A DNA stretch of 64,000 bases from Armatimonadota bacterium (GTDB lineage: Bacteria > Armatimonadota > UBA5829 > DTLH01), in assembly GCA_039680575.1 (NCBI GenBank), contig JBDKSP010000023.1, forward strand, positions 35,311-99,310, in the 5' to 3' direction. This document shows, piece by piece, positions 13,471 through 24,024 of the stretch; positions within the stretch are counted from its first letter, which is position 1, and the number at the start of each line of letters is the position of its first letter. A program made the position numbers and the translations under genes. The notes beneath the pieces are model-generated. The model worked only from the letters and a program-made list of their open reading frames with translations. It did no database searches and was not told the origin of the DNA.

Positions 13471-14661
13471 TTACTTCGTCCCGACGCCTTCTGCTTTCTT
13501 CGCGGAGTAGAGCGGGGACATCATCCTCAGCCGCTCGACGATTACCGGGAGCGCTTCGAGCACGTTTTTCACGTCCCATTCCGTGTTTTCACGCCCCAGC
13601 GTGAGCCTCAGGCTGCCGTGTGCTTCTTCATGCTTTAGACCGAGAGACATCAGCACATGGGATGGGTCGAGCGAGCCGGATGTGCATGCGCTGCCTGACG
13701 ACGCGCAGATCCCGTGCATGTCGAGGAGCAGAATGATGGATTCACCCTCTATCCCGTCGAAGGATACGTTCACATTGTTCGGCAGCCGCCTGCTGCGGTG
13801 GCCGTTCAGGCGGACATCGGGGATTTTTGCCAGGATGCCGTCGATCAGCTTGTCCCGGAGAGCCGTGAGTTGGGGGCCTGTCTCACCCATGCTCTCCCGT
13901 GCGATCTTTGCAGCCTTCCCGAGCCCGACTATTCCCGGCACATTGTGCGTCCCAGCGCGCCGGTTCATCTCCTGTCCGCCGCCCATCATAAACCGCTGGA
14001 TTTTCGTTCCCTTGCGCAGGTACATCGCGCCGACGCCCTTCGGACCGTAGAGCTTGTGGGCAGATATGGAAAGCGCGTCGCAGCCTATCTCGTTCACATC
14101 TACAGGGATACTGCCGACTGCCTGAACGGTGTCCGTATGGAAGATGATATTTCGCGCGCGCGCGATCTTTCCGATTTCCTCGACCGGCTGAATCGTACCG
14201 ATCTCGTTGTTCGCGTGCATCACGGAGATGATGATCGTCCGGTCGGTGATTGCGCGCTCTACATCTTCCGGGTCCACCATACCGTCTTTATCAACCGGTA
14301 GATATGTGACTGTAAACCCGTGCTTCTCAAGGAAATGGCAGGTCTCAAGGATCGCATGATGCTCTATCTTGCTCGTGATGATATGGTTGCCCTTGCCCTC
14401 GTTTGCGAACGCCGCGCCGGTGAGCGCCCAGTTGTCCGATTCCGTCCCGCCGCTTGTGAAGTAGATCTCGTCCGGCTTTGCGCCGATAAGAAGCGCCACA
14501 CTCTCTCGTGCTTCTTCGACCGCCGACTTTGCATCTTTACCAAGCGAGTACAAAGTAGATGCGCTTCCGAACCGGTCGGTGAAATACGGCAGCATCGCCT
14601 GTAACACCTCAGGGTCAGTCGGCGTTGTTGCCGCGTGGTCAAGATAGATGACTTTGTACAT
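13471..14661 (-). CDS. iscS: Cysteine desulfurase (IscS/NifS)
   Basis: YLDHAATT, SAHKLYGPKG (PLP lysine), SSGSACTS. Confidence 0.93.
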   Translation of the reverse strand: MYKVIYLDHAATTPTDPEVLQAMLPYFTDRFGSASTLYSLGKDAKSAVEEARESVALLIGAKPDEIYFTSGGTESDNWALTGAAFANEGKGNHIITSKIEHHAILETCHFLEKHGFTVTYLPVDKDGMVDPEDVERAITDRTIIISVMHANNEIGTIQPVEEIGKIARARNIIFHTDTVQAVGSIPVDVNEIGCDALSISAHKLYGPKGVGAMYLRKGTKIQRFMMGGGQEMNRRAGTHNVPGIVGLGKAAKIARESMGETGPQLTALRDKLIDGILAKIPDVRLNGHRSRRLPNNVNVSFDGIEGESIILLLDMHGICASSGSACTSGSLDPSHVLMSLGLKHEEAHGSLRLTLGRENTEWDVKNVLEALPVIVERLRMMSPLYSAKKAEGVGTK

Positions 14662-14672
14662 TATCGTTCCCC

Positions 14673-15197
14673 CTATGTATTGTCAATCGTAGTTCCTGTA
14701 AGCTCAAGATGGGTACGGTTTACTATGCAGCAGCCGATGTGGTCGTCTCCGCAGCGCAGGCATACAGAATCGACGCTTTTTCGGTCTTCGAGCATGGCCG
14801 CGAGAAGCGCCTCAATCCCGCGCATCACGCCTTCGAGGTCTTCGGGCTTGACTCTTGCAAGCGCCCGCGCCAGTATTTCCGTCCGTTTCGCGAGGATATG
14901 GGTTCCGAGCTCATGGCCAGCCTCTGTCAGCCCAATAAGCGACACTCGCCTGTCGGACTTGCTCTCCGTCCGGCGCACGAAGCCTTTTTTTCGCAGCCTG
15001 TCTACCATCCTGACGGCGGCAGGGTGGCTTATCGTAAGCCCCTGGGCAATTTCTCCGACTGGAGACTCGCCATGATGATATAGATACGAGAGCCCCTGAA
15101 GCTGGGACGGCGTAAGTCCCAAATCTTCCGGCTCCATGCTCGCCACTACCTTTCCGAACAGGGTAGCAATCTTTTCTACGTACCGGGCAGTATCCAT
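14673..15197 (-). CDS. MarR-family regulator with a Cys-rich C-terminus
   Basis: wHTH 'VDRLRKKGFVRR...DRR'; C-terminal CLRCGDDHIGCC; 11 nt from iscS. Confidence 0.8.
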   Translation of the reverse strand: MDTARYVEKIATLFGKVVASMEPEDLGLTPSQLQGLSYLYHHGESPVGEIAQGLTISHPAAVRMVDRLRKKGFVRRTESKSDRRVSLIGLTEAGHELGTHILAKRTEILARALARVKPEDLEGVMRGIEALLAAMLEDRKSVDSVCLRCGDDHIGCCIVNRTHLELTGTTIDNT

Positions 15198-15230
15198 GTT
15201 TGTCTGCTATATACCCAAAACACCAATTAC

Positions 15231-15272
15231 GTAACCTGGTTACATATTATTTGATAAGATTAGTTGTGTCAA
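15231..15272 (-). promoter_or_regulatory. Promoter with palindromic operator upstream of marR-iscS
   Basis: Minus-strand TTGACA-17-TAATAT followed by the palindrome GTAACC-N-GGTTAC (15231-15243). Confidence 0.55.
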
Positions 15273-15425
15273 GCCCTGAAAGTCATTATTGATCCCTCTT
15301 TACTCATCCCTTGTGGAGGTGGATAAATTAAAAAAGCAAATTTTTCTTTTCCGCAGGCCGTCTCTCTGTTATACTGTAAAATAAACAGAATTTTCTGTAG
15401 TCTACATTTATACCGGAGCGGCAGA

Positions 15426-16034
15426 TTGATCAGGATAGTTGATTACGGCATGGGCAACCTGCGCAGTGTGCAGAAGGCGCTCGAACGCGTCGGCCATACC
15501 GCCGAATTGACTCAAGATCCGGCTGAAATCCGAAATGCCGAGAGGTTGGTCCTTCCCGGTGTAGGAGCGTTCGGCGCAGCGATGAAAAACCTCGAACGCT
15601 TCGGGTTGATAGATGCCGTTAAGGATTATGCGGGCTCCGGAAGGCCGTTTCTTGGGATATGCCTGGGCATGCAGCTGCTGCTCACTCAAAGTGAGGAGCA
15701 GGGTATCTTCGACGGGCTGGATATTATCCACGGCAAGGTCGTGAAGTTTCCGCCGCCGGATGAATCAGGGCAGAAAGTGCCGCACATGGGCTGGAATTCA
15801 CTCCGAAAGACGGGCGATTGCCCGCTTCTGGAAGGAGTGCCGGACGGTGCAAGCGTTTACTTCGTCCACTCTTATTACACCGACCCGCCGAAAGAGGCCG
15901 CAGCGGCCTACACAGACTACGCGGTAGAGTTCTGCTCCGTCATCGGGAAAGATAATATATACGCGACCCAGTTTCACCCGGAAAAAAGCGGAGCCGTAGG
16001 GCTCAAAATACTGGAAAATTTTGCCGCCATCTGA
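15426..16034 (+). CDS. hisH: Imidazole glycerol phosphate synthase glutaminase subunit
   Basis: DYGMGNL, LPGVG, GICLGMQ, QFHPEKS. Confidence 0.96.
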   Translation: MIRIVDYGMGNLRSVQKALERVGHTAELTQDPAEIRNAERLVLPGVGAFGAAMKNLERFGLIDAVKDYAGSGRPFLGICLGMQLLLTQSEEQGIFDGLDIIHGKVVKFPPPDESGQKVPHMGWNSLRKTGDCPLLEGVPDGASVYFVHSYYTDPPKEAAAAYTDYAVEFCSVIGKDNIYATQFHPEKSGAVGLKILENFAAI

Positions 16035-16049
16035 CAGGAGAATAGAGTT

Positions 16050-16772
16050 ATGGAAGTCATACCTGCAATCGATATAATCGGAGGAAAATGTGTCCGGCTT
16101 GTCCAGGGACAGTTTGATCAGGAGACGGTTTTTTCCGACAGTCCTGCCGATATGGCGAAGGAATGGGAACAGCAGGGAGCGACGAGACTTCATGTAGTCG
16201 ATCTGGACGGTGCGCGGACCGGTGCGCCCGAAAACCTGAAGGTAATGGAATCCATAATAAGCGTTGTGAACATCCCGGTGCAGGTCGGCGGCGGGGTAAG
16301 GTCTATCAATAAGGCGCAGCAGGTCTTGAATGTCGGGGTAGAACGGGTAATAGTCGGCACATCCGCCGCGCTCGACAGCGACACGGCGAAAATGATGTTC
16401 GATGAGCTTGGCGACCGGGTGATACTCGGCGTCGATGCACTGAACGGCTATGTGGCCGTGAGAGGGTGGCAGGCACGGACCGAAGAGCGAGCCGTGGATT
16501 TCGCCCGGCGGATGACCGCTCTGGGGGCTAAACGTATAATTTTTACCGATATTTCTCGGGATGGTATGTTGAGCGGCGTTAATGCGTTTGCCATAGAGAA
16601 GATGGTCGCAGCAGTAGACATTCCTGTGATAGCCTCAGGCGGAGTCGGAAGTATAGCAGACATAAAACGTCTTCGCCCATTGAAAGGCAAAGGGCTTGAA
16701 GGCGTAATTCTCGGAAAAGCGCTCTATGTCGGCTCCGTAGCCCTCCCCGAAGCCATATCCGCGGCAAGATAG
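16050..16772 (+). CDS. hisA: ProFAR isomerase
   Basis: IPAIDI.GGKCVRL.QG, HVVDLDGA, TDISRDG. Confidence 0.95.
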   Translation: MEVIPAIDIIGGKCVRLVQGQFDQETVFSDSPADMAKEWEQQGATRLHVVDLDGARTGAPENLKVMESIISVVNIPVQVGGGVRSINKAQQVLNVGVERVIVGTSAALDSDTAKMMFDELGDRVILGVDALNGYVAVRGWQARTEERAVDFARRMTALGAKRIIFTDISRDGMLSGVNAFAIEKMVAAVDIPVIASGGVGSIADIKRLRPLKGKGLEGVILGKALYVGSVALPEAISAAR

Positions 16773-16887
16773 AGCCTCTCCGGCTCGTCCAGAATATGAT
16801 CTCCAGGCAATCTCTCTCCCGCATCAGCCGGTTTTCAGATTATACCCTCAGGGTAAAGGCATAAAAGGGCTGTGTTGAGGTTTCACA

Positions 16888-17460
16888 ATGGCGGATGATG
16901 ATGCGGGGGTATTCGAACCGTTTTTGGATGAAGACGAACTTATCCTGTGGACAGGTAAGCCGGATACGCATATTCTTCTCACACCTGCTGATGTACTCCT
17001 TGTACCGGTCAGTATATTGATCGGTATTTCGTTCATAAACAGGGGGTTGAAGTATATATTCGGAGGTATCGACATAGGCTACGCTGTGCTTGCAGTATGG
17101 GGAACGCTCTTTATCCTCATGGGCGGCTATTTGATGCTCGGCAGGTTATTCTATAAAATCTGGAGGAAGAAGCGCACCCATTACGCGCTGACCAACAGGC
17201 GGATACTGGTGTATGCCCGCGGCAGGCGGATGGTGGCAGAGGAGATTTTACAGATACCGGCGCTTGGTAGGTCCGTCCGCACGAACGGTAGCGGCACGAT
17301 CACATTCGGACCGTCCCCATTTACCGCGTCCTGGTGCGGAAATACCGGAATGAACTGCCTCGCAGGGTTCGACCACTGGGACTTACTTGGGTTCCACGAC
17401 ATCAAAGACGCAAACCACGTCTACGCGATTCTCGAGACGCTCCGGGGACATTGGCGGTAG
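16888..17460 (+). CDS. Membrane protein with a bacterial PH-like domain
   Basis: DEL.LWTGKP, two TM helices, YALTNRRI, GSGTITF. Confidence 0.6.
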   Translation: MADDDAGVFEPFLDEDELILWTGKPDTHILLTPADVLLVPVSILIGISFINRGLKYIFGGIDIGYAVLAVWGTLFILMGGYLMLGRLFYKIWRKKRTHYALTNRRILVYARGRRMVAEEILQIPALGRSVRTNGSGTITFGPSPFTASWCGNTGMNCLAGFDHWDLLGFHDIKDANHVYAILETLRGHWR

Positions 17461-17463
17461 GGT

Positions 17464-18342
17464 TTATCCCTTCATCCCGCTCATTACCACTCCCTGTACG
17501 AAGTAGCGCTGTGCGAGGAAGAAGATGACGAGCACGGGGATGAGGACGGCGGTCGATGCAGCCATGAGCGAGACTATATCCACTCCCCACACGTCCTGGA
17601 ACGTCGCAAGCCCCAGTGCGAGGGTCCGTTTATTCACGGAGTTCAGGTAAATGAGCGGGGTCATGAAGTCGTTCCAGTGGGCGACGAACGCGAATACCGC
17701 CACGGTCACGACTACCGGCTTGGAGAGCGGCATGAACACCTGCCAGTAGGTCCGAAGCGGCGAACACCCGTCGATTTTTGCGGCGTCCTCGAGGTCGCTT
17801 GGGATAGAAAGGAAAAACTGCCGCATCAAAAAGATATAGAACGCGCTTCCGAAGAAAGCCGGGACGTACAGCGGCAGGAGCGTGTCATACCACCCGATGC
17901 TGCGGAAGATTATGAACCGGGGGATCATAAGCACCTCGCCGGGGAGCATAATCGTCGCAAGTACGAGGTAGAAAAGCAGGTCCTTGCCCGGAGCTTTGAG
18001 CCGCGCAAAGCCGTATGCGACTATCGAGCTTGATAAGACGGTTCCGATGACCGAAAGCACCGTCACTTCAAGGGTGTTTATCAGGTAAAGGTGAAACGGC
18101 ATGATCGTGAGGGCTTTCGGGTAGTTGCTCCAGAGAATCTTGTGAGGCAAAAGGTTCAGCCCGGAGGATGCGACCTCGACAGGGTCTTTGAGCGAGATCG
18201 AGATCATCCACAAAAACGGCAGCACAAAGAGCGCAGCGCCCGCGATGAGTGCCGAATAACCAAGCGTCGAGCATATACCTCGCCGTGCTTTTATGCCAAA
18301 TCCATTTTTTTCGCCTGTTGTGGCCGTATCAACTCTTTTCAT
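17464..18342 (-). CDS. Carbohydrate ABC transporter permease
   Basis: EAA motif 'DLEDAAKIDG', six TM helices. Confidence 0.9.
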   Translation of the reverse strand: MKRVDTATTGEKNGFGIKARRGICSTLGYSALIAGAALFVLPFLWMISISLKDPVEVASSGLNLLPHKILWSNYPKALTIMPFHLYLINTLEVTVLSVIGTVLSSSIVAYGFARLKAPGKDLLFYLVLATIMLPGEVLMIPRFIIFRSIGWYDTLLPLYVPAFFGSAFYIFLMRQFFLSIPSDLEDAAKIDGCSPLRTYWQVFMPLSKPVVVTVAVFAFVAHWNDFMTPLIYLNSVNKRTLALGLATFQDVWGVDIVSLMAASTAVLIPVLVIFFLAQRYFVQGVVMSGMKG

Positions 18343-18404
18343 CGTATATAGTTATACTACGACTTGTGCCGCCGGTGCAATTCCCGTTTCTGAGTCATCA
18401 GCTT

Positions 18405-18650
18405 TTGAAACGCGGATTACGCAGATAAAACGGATTTCGCGAATGGTGGAGATTTGCAGCACCTGCTGATGGACCGGGGGATCATGCCCCGGTCTCCATT
18501 CTCCAGGGCATCCATGTCCTTTACCTATGCTTTGGGATAACATTCCGAAGTGCGAGTCTCCACCAATCCCTTTAGAATACGGAAGCGCTAGCTTCCGCTT
18601 TTCTATCGACATTCACTTTATCGCCAAATCCCCGTAATTCGCGTTTCCAA
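18405..18650. repeat. Nested intergenic palindromic repeat, copy 3
   Basis: GAAACGCGGATTACG...CGTAATTCGCGTTTC outer arms around GGTGGAGA...ATGCTTTGGGATAACATTCCGAAG...TCTCCACCAATCCC. Confidence 0.6.
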
Positions 18651-18760
18651 TCCATTGTATAATATACTATTGATGCCGCGTCTAATGTACGCGGCTACAT
18701 CGAACTTAATAATCCATCTGTTATAATAGCTAACAGATGAAGAGAAGGTGGTGTTACTAG

Positions 18761-19871
18761 TTGCTCGTTGATGTTAAACGAGAAATCGAAAGTCTTTTGG
18801 CCGAACTAGTGGAATTGGGTGGCCATCTTTGACTTGGCCGGTAAGCAAGTCGAGATAGAAAAACTTGAGCAAAGTACGACAGAGCCTGGGTTCTGGGACG
18901 ATTCGCAGGAAGCCCAGAAAGTACTCCAGGAGCTGAACCAGATAAAAAGCTCTATCGATCCGATACAAGAGCTTGAGCGTAGGCTCGAAGACCTGCAGGT
19001 CCTGGTGGAGCTTGCAGAAGAAGAAGAGGCAAGCGAAGAGGATATCAAGGAAATCGAGCAAGAAGCCGAGGACATTCTGCGGGAGTTCAAGCAGTTCGAG
19101 TTATCGACTCTGCTCTCGGGTGAGCACGATAGATCGAGCGCGATTGTCGAGATCAATGCGGGCGCGGGCGGCACGGAAGCCTGCGACTGGGCCGATATGC
19201 TCCTTCGGATGTACCTCAGGTGGGCTGAGCGGCATGGTTACCGCGCGGAAATCATCGATACCGTCGCTGGTGAGATGGCCGGATACAAAAAAGTGACCTT
19301 CCTTGTTGAGGGAAGAAATGCCTACGGCTATCTGAAAGCTGAACGGGGAGTCCACCGGCTGGTGCGGATTTCGCCGTTCGATGCAAACAAACGGCGGCAC
19401 ACGTCGTTTGCATCCGTGGATGTCATTCCAGAGATCGATGAGACTGAAGAGGTCCACATCAACCCTGAGGAAATAAGGATCGATACTTTCAGAGCGTCGG
19501 GGGCGGGCGGCCAGCATGTAAACAAGACCGATTCCGCGGTTCGGATTACACATATACCTACCGGAATAGTGGTTTCCTGCCAGAATGAGCGCTCGCAGCA
19601 CAGTAACCGCGATATGGCGATGAAAGTCCTTCAGGCGAGGCTGCTGGAACTGCAGCGGGCAGAGGATGAAGCCCGGATGGCGGAGATTCGCGGTGACCTC
19701 AGGGCTATTCAGTGGGGAAACCAGATAAGGTCATACGTTTTCCAGCCGTATACCATGGTCAAGGACCACCGGACCGGCTATGAAGCCGGAGATGTTATCC
19801 GGGTTATGGACGGCGATATAGATGATTTTATTCAGGCATTTCTAACAGCGCCAAAACAGGGCATCAGTTAA
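18761..19871 (+). CDS. prfB: Peptide chain release factor 2 with a programmed +1 frameshift at CTT-TGA-C (18827-18833)
   Basis: TTG-start leader MLVDVKREIESLLAELVELGGHL, internal SD-like GGGTGG, then CTTTGAC; SPF and GGQ motifs in the shifted frame. Confidence 0.95.
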
Positions 19872-19994
19872 TGCAAGTAACGTCTTGGTTACGTGAGAAG
19901 TAGTTTTTCTACGAGCGGGAATAGGAATAAGCATAAAGGAATTATCTTTCCGTTATCTGTTTCTTCCTAATTACCGCCCGAAGGTGGTGTAAAA

Positions 19995-20657
19995 ATGATG
20001 AGGGCGAGAATAGTTCGGTTTGGATGGATTGTGGCGATTGTGCTCATAGCCATGAGCGGTGCGTTTGCGGCAACGACAACGAGCCGGAGCGCGCTGGGGA
20101 CTTCGGGTGTGCAGAAGTCCGAGGTCTCGCTTGGCGATCTGGTGGCGGATGCAATCCGTGCATCGGCAGGCGCGAATGTCGCATTTGTGAGTGCAAGCGA
20201 GCTGAAGGAATCCGTTACACAAATCTCTGCAGGCAAGGTTTCCACGGAAGATGTTACGGCTTATGTAGCCTATACGGACGATCCGATAGTCGTGGTAAAG
20301 CTCACCGGAAGGCAGATCAAACAGGCGCTTGAGCGAAGCGTGCTCATCTACCCCAAGAACAATCTTGGTTTTCTCCAGGTGTCGGGACTCAGCTTCACGT
20401 TCAACCCCGACGGGCCGCAGGAGGGCAGGCTGGTCTCCGTGAACGTAGGCGGCAGCCCCATCTCCGACAGCGCTGCTTATTCCGTCGCTATGACAAGCAG
20501 TATGGCTAATGGGGCGCTCGGCTACTGGAAGATATGGACCAAGAACGACATCGTAAACACGACTGATGTGACCATTCCAAAAGCAATAGACCAGTTTTTT
20601 ACCGGTAATAGCAGCATCGATTATTCGAACCTTAACCGTATAAAGGCTGGTAAGTAA
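19995..20657 (+). CDS. Secreted protein with a 5'-nucleotidase C-terminal domain only
   Basis: EVSLGDLVADAIR, LTGRQIKQALE, FLQVSGLSF; no metallophosphoesterase domain. Confidence 0.8.
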   Translation: MMRARIVRFGWIVAIVLIAMSGAFAATTTSRSALGTSGVQKSEVSLGDLVADAIRASAGANVAFVSASELKESVTQISAGKVSTEDVTAYVAYTDDPIVVVKLTGRQIKQALERSVLIYPKNNLGFLQVSGLSFTFNPDGPQEGRLVSVNVGGSPISDSAAYSVAMTSSMANGALGYWKIWTKNDIVNTTDVTIPKAIDQFFTGNSSIDYSNLNRIKAGK

Positions 20658-20697
20658 TATACCGCCTGGAGGCGCCCTCCTCCGGGCAATTTACTAA

Positions 20698-21657
20698 ATG
20701 GAAGATGAGGACAGGCTCTTGAATCGATCTCTTCGCGCCGCGGCCATTGTCGCGGTATTTATACTATTGTCCGGCTGTGGGACCAAGACCGATAGAGCTT
20801 CGGCGTTCGATGGAATACGCGCTTATGAGCTTCTCAAAAAGCAATGTACTTTCGGCCCGCGCTACCCCGGTGTCAAAGGACATAAAGACACTCTGGAATT
20901 CATTCAATCCGAGCTGAAACCGCTCGCGGACGAGGTTGCCACTCATACTTTCAAGTATGACGCCGGAGGTAAGACTATCGAGCTTTCGAATGTCTATGCG
21001 GTGTTCAACCCCGATGCATCTCACTTTGTGCTCTTATGCGCCCACTGGGATACCCGCCCTTGCGCCGATCAGGAAATCGATGAAGCCAAAAGTAAAAAGC
21101 CGGTTCCGGGTGCGAACGACGGCGCGTCCGGCACTGCAGTCCTTCTTGAGCTTGCCCGGATATTCAATAACAAAAAGCCCGATGTCGGTGTTGTTATGGC
21201 GTTTTTTGATGGTGAAGACTACGGTCCCGGCGAAAATGACATGTTTATTGGGTCGAAGGAGTTCGCCAAGAACTGGAAGACGGCCGTCCAGCCCAAAGGC
21301 AGGCAGATCAAATACGACTACGGCATCCTGTTGGATATGGTCGGAGACAGAGATCTCCAGATCGCCAAAGAGGTGTTTTCTTATCGGAAGGCGCCTCAAG
21401 TCGTCGACAAGGTCTGGGCAGCCGCGAAAAAAATCGGTTACGACAACGCTTTTCTGGATGAAGAACGCCACATGCTGCAGGATGACCACCTGCCGCTCTG
21501 CGCCGCAGGGATTTCCTGCATAGACGTGATCGATTTCAACTATGCCTATTGGCATACAATCGACGATACCCCCGATAAGTGCAGCGCCAAGTCCTTACAG
21601 ACAGTGGGAAATGTCATATCAAAGGTAATCTATGATGAGGGTGCGCGGGCGAAGTGA
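20698..21657 (+). CDS. M28 family peptidase / glutaminyl-cyclase-like lipoprotein
   Basis: Lipobox LSGC, AHWDT, GANDGASG, DGED, DDH, WHT. Confidence 0.85.
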   Translation: MEDEDRLLNRSLRAAAIVAVFILLSGCGTKTDRASAFDGIRAYELLKKQCTFGPRYPGVKGHKDTLEFIQSELKPLADEVATHTFKYDAGGKTIELSNVYAVFNPDASHFVLLCAHWDTRPCADQEIDEAKSKKPVPGANDGASGTAVLLELARIFNNKKPDVGVVMAFFDGEDYGPGENDMFIGSKEFAKNWKTAVQPKGRQIKYDYGILLDMVGDRDLQIAKEVFSYRKAPQVVDKVWAAAKKIGYDNAFLDEERHMLQDDHLPLCAAGISCIDVIDFNYAYWHTIDDTPDKCSAKSLQTVGNVISKVIYDEGARAK

Positions 21658-22472
21658 TAGATTACCACGTACATTCGACCTATTCAGGCGACTCGCCCAC
21701 CAGGCTCCGCGATATGTGCGCGAAGGCCGTCGAGACAGGGATTGACGAGATCGTCTTTACGGAACATCTGGACTACACTCCTACGGACATATCTTACGGC
21801 AGCTTGGTCTACTCCAGGTGGATGGACGAGATTGCTGCAGCACGGGAAGAGTTTTCGGGCAGGCTTACCATCCTCTCCGGCGTGGAAGTGGATTATCAGG
21901 AGAAGTATCTGCCAGAGATCGAGGGTTTTCTGGGCTCGCATGAGCTCGATTTCGTCCTGGTCTCAGCCCATTATGTCCACGGGATTCTTCTTGAAGAACA
22001 CGAGAAATATTTCCCCGGAAAGAGCGAGCGCGAGGCGTATCTGCCGTACTTCGAGGCTGCGCTTGCGGCAGTAGAGACAGGGCTTTTCGACGGGCTGGCG
22101 CACATGGACCTCTGTAAGCGGCATGGCGCGAGATACTACGGTAAATTCGACCTCGACAGATATTTACCCCAGGTCGAAGATATCCTGAAAGCCTTGATCC
22201 GGCACGATATGGCGCTCGAAGTCAATACGTCGGGCTTACGGCAGGCTCCGGGCGAAATGTACCCGTCTTTGGAGACTCTGGAGCTTTACACAAGTCTCGG
22301 CGGCAGGAAAGTGACCATCGGATCGGACTCTCACCTCGTTCAGCACCTGGGATTCGGACTTTCGGACGGCGTAAAAGCGATAAAGAGCGCCGGAATATCC
22401 GAAATTGCCCGATACAGAAGAAGAGTGGAGCAGATATCTGTATATTCTTCTCCTGAAATTCACGCTCTGTAG
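21654..22472 (+). CDS. PHP-family histidinol-phosphatase (HisJ/HisK-like)
   Basis: DYHVHS, FTEH, GVEVD, AHMDL, EVNTSG, GSDSH. Confidence 0.85.
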   Translation: MIDYHVHSTYSGDSPTRLRDMCAKAVETGIDEIVFTEHLDYTPTDISYGSLVYSRWMDEIAAAREEFSGRLTILSGVEVDYQEKYLPEIEGFLGSHELDFVLVSAHYVHGILLEEHEKYFPGKSEREAYLPYFEAALAAVETGLFDGLAHMDLCKRHGARYYGKFDLDRYLPQVEDILKALIRHDMALEVNTSGLRQAPGEMYPSLETLELYTSLGGRKVTIGSDSHLVQHLGFGLSDGVKAIKSAGISEIARYRRRVEQISVYSSPEIHAL

Positions 22473-23958
22473 TAAGGTACATATCAGCCGGGCTTCGTGC
22501 CCTATTTGTCATCATTTCTGATGGAGATGGCAGGTAGCAGAGATCGATGCTGACTTCATCCTTATCGATGGTTATGCGTTCCGTTATGTTCTCTATAATC
22601 TTGCGCTTCTGATCATAAGACAGCTCCTGCCAGCGGGAATGAAGGTCCTTGGCTTCTTGAAGGATTTCGTCACTGGAAAGGAACTGGATTTTGAGGAAGT
22701 CTATCTCTGCCTGTAGTTCAGGTATATGCTCCACAATCTGATTCTTCCTTTCTTCAAGCGGCTTATAGCGCTCCCCGAACCCAGCCGGAGTGATTTGTCC
22801 CTCGACATATAGCCTATAGATTAGATCCATCTCTTGCGTGACTTTCTTCTCATCCTCAAGCAGGGTTTGCAGCAGATCCTCTTTCTCACTGATTACGTTA
22901 TTAGCTTGGCTGAGATAATTGTTGATTTCCACGGGGGAAAAGAAAAATGCCTTAAGCTGTCCTTGGAATATCTCTTCAAGGTCGCTGACACCTATTTTGT
23001 TGCGGCACTTGGAACAAGTATATTTGGGTGAGTTTGAAGGGACGTACATCTTGTTTCCGCACTCGCAGAAGACCACACCCGTGAAAAGATGTGCGACTTT
23101 TTTCGCCGGACGCTTATTGCTTTTTTCCTGCTCATCAAGAATCTGGTTGCACTGGAGCCAGAGGTCTTCGGAGACAATCGGCTCAACCTCGGTATAAATC
23201 CATTCCTCCTTGGGCTTGAGAATGCACTTTTTGCCACTCACATTCCGCGTATAGTTGGCTCGATGCTGTCCTTTTGCTGTCGAGTCTCGTAGAAGTCTCT
23301 CTATTGCTGTGCCAGAGAATAGTGCACCCTCCCTCGTCCTATAACCTGCCTCATTAAGAAGCCTTGCCACTCTTTTCTTCCTGCGATGCTCAAAGAAAAG
23401 TTCATATATCTGCTTTCTGATAGGAGCCTCATTTGGATCGGGAACGAGTTCTTTTTCAACCCATCTGTATCCATAGACCGCTTTGCCGCCAAGAGGCTTT
23501 CCCAGCTTTGCTCTGATAGGGACTGAAGCAGCTACTCTGCTGGCAATTTCTTCTCGCTCCCACTGAGCCATTGCAGCTATCATCGTATAGAAAAGTCTGC
23601 CAGCAGGGGTGGAGGTATCGATAGACTCCTGAAGAGAGATGAGATCAGCATTGTGGTTGCTGAAAATATCAGCGAATTCCAGGAGTTCCTTGGTGTTGCG
23701 TGCAAGCCGAGCCAGCTTGGAGAAAATGAGGCCCGTGATGTGGCCGTTTCTAATATCATCGAGCATCCTTTTTGCTTCAGGATGGTTCATTACAGACTTA
23801 CCACTTACAGCTTCAAGGTGGTAGACCTCTCGAACCTGCCAGCCCTTGGATTCGGCATAAAACCTGGCCCGTTTCTCATGATGTTCGGGACTTTCACCCC
23901 TTGCCTGGTCTTCTGTTGATACTCTAATCCAAATCCCAACCTGCTTTATCTTTTCCAT
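22222..23958 (-). CDS. Large serine recombinase 1; the tail reads through the island border antisense to the PHP gene
   Basis: WIRVSTEDQ catalytic Ser, SKLARLARN, CECG...CSKC zinc ribbon, coiled coil. Confidence 0.92.
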   Translation of the reverse strand: MEKIKQVGIWIRVSTEDQARGESPEHHEKRARFYAESKGWQVREVYHLEAVSGKSVMNHPEAKRMLDDIRNGHITGLIFSKLARLARNTKELLEFADIFSNHNADLISLQESIDTSTPAGRLFYTMIAAMAQWEREEIASRVAASVPIRAKLGKPLGGKAVYGYRWVEKELVPDPNEAPIRKQIYELFFEHRRKKRVARLLNEAGYRTREGALFSGTAIERLLRDSTAKGQHRANYTRNVSGKKCILKPKEEWIYTEVEPIVSEDLWLQCNQILDEQEKSNKRPAKKVAHLFTGVVFCECGNKMYVPSNSPKYTCSKCRNKIGVSDLEEIFQGQLKAFFFSPVEINNYLSQANNVISEKEDLLQTLLEDEKKVTQEMDLIYRLYVEGQITPAGFGERYKPLEERKNQIVEHIPELQAEIDFLKIQFLSSDEILQEAKDLHSRWQELSYDQKRKIIENITERITIDKDEVSIDLCYLPSPSEMMTNRARSPADMYLTTEREFQEKNIQISAPLFFCIGQFRIFRRSLSLLRRPKVRIPGAERGESPIRWSLSCRRDLCKAPESPKTGTFRPEPAVSPTY

Positions 23959-24024
23959 TCATTTCACCCATAGATATATAGCTGTGGGATTGTAACGCCC
24001 CATCATGAAAGTTGTCAACAAGAG

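Noticed and set aside
18819..19871. prfB as a truncated ORF or pseudogene
   Set aside because: It is the well-known programmed +1 frameshift, so neither broken nor novel.
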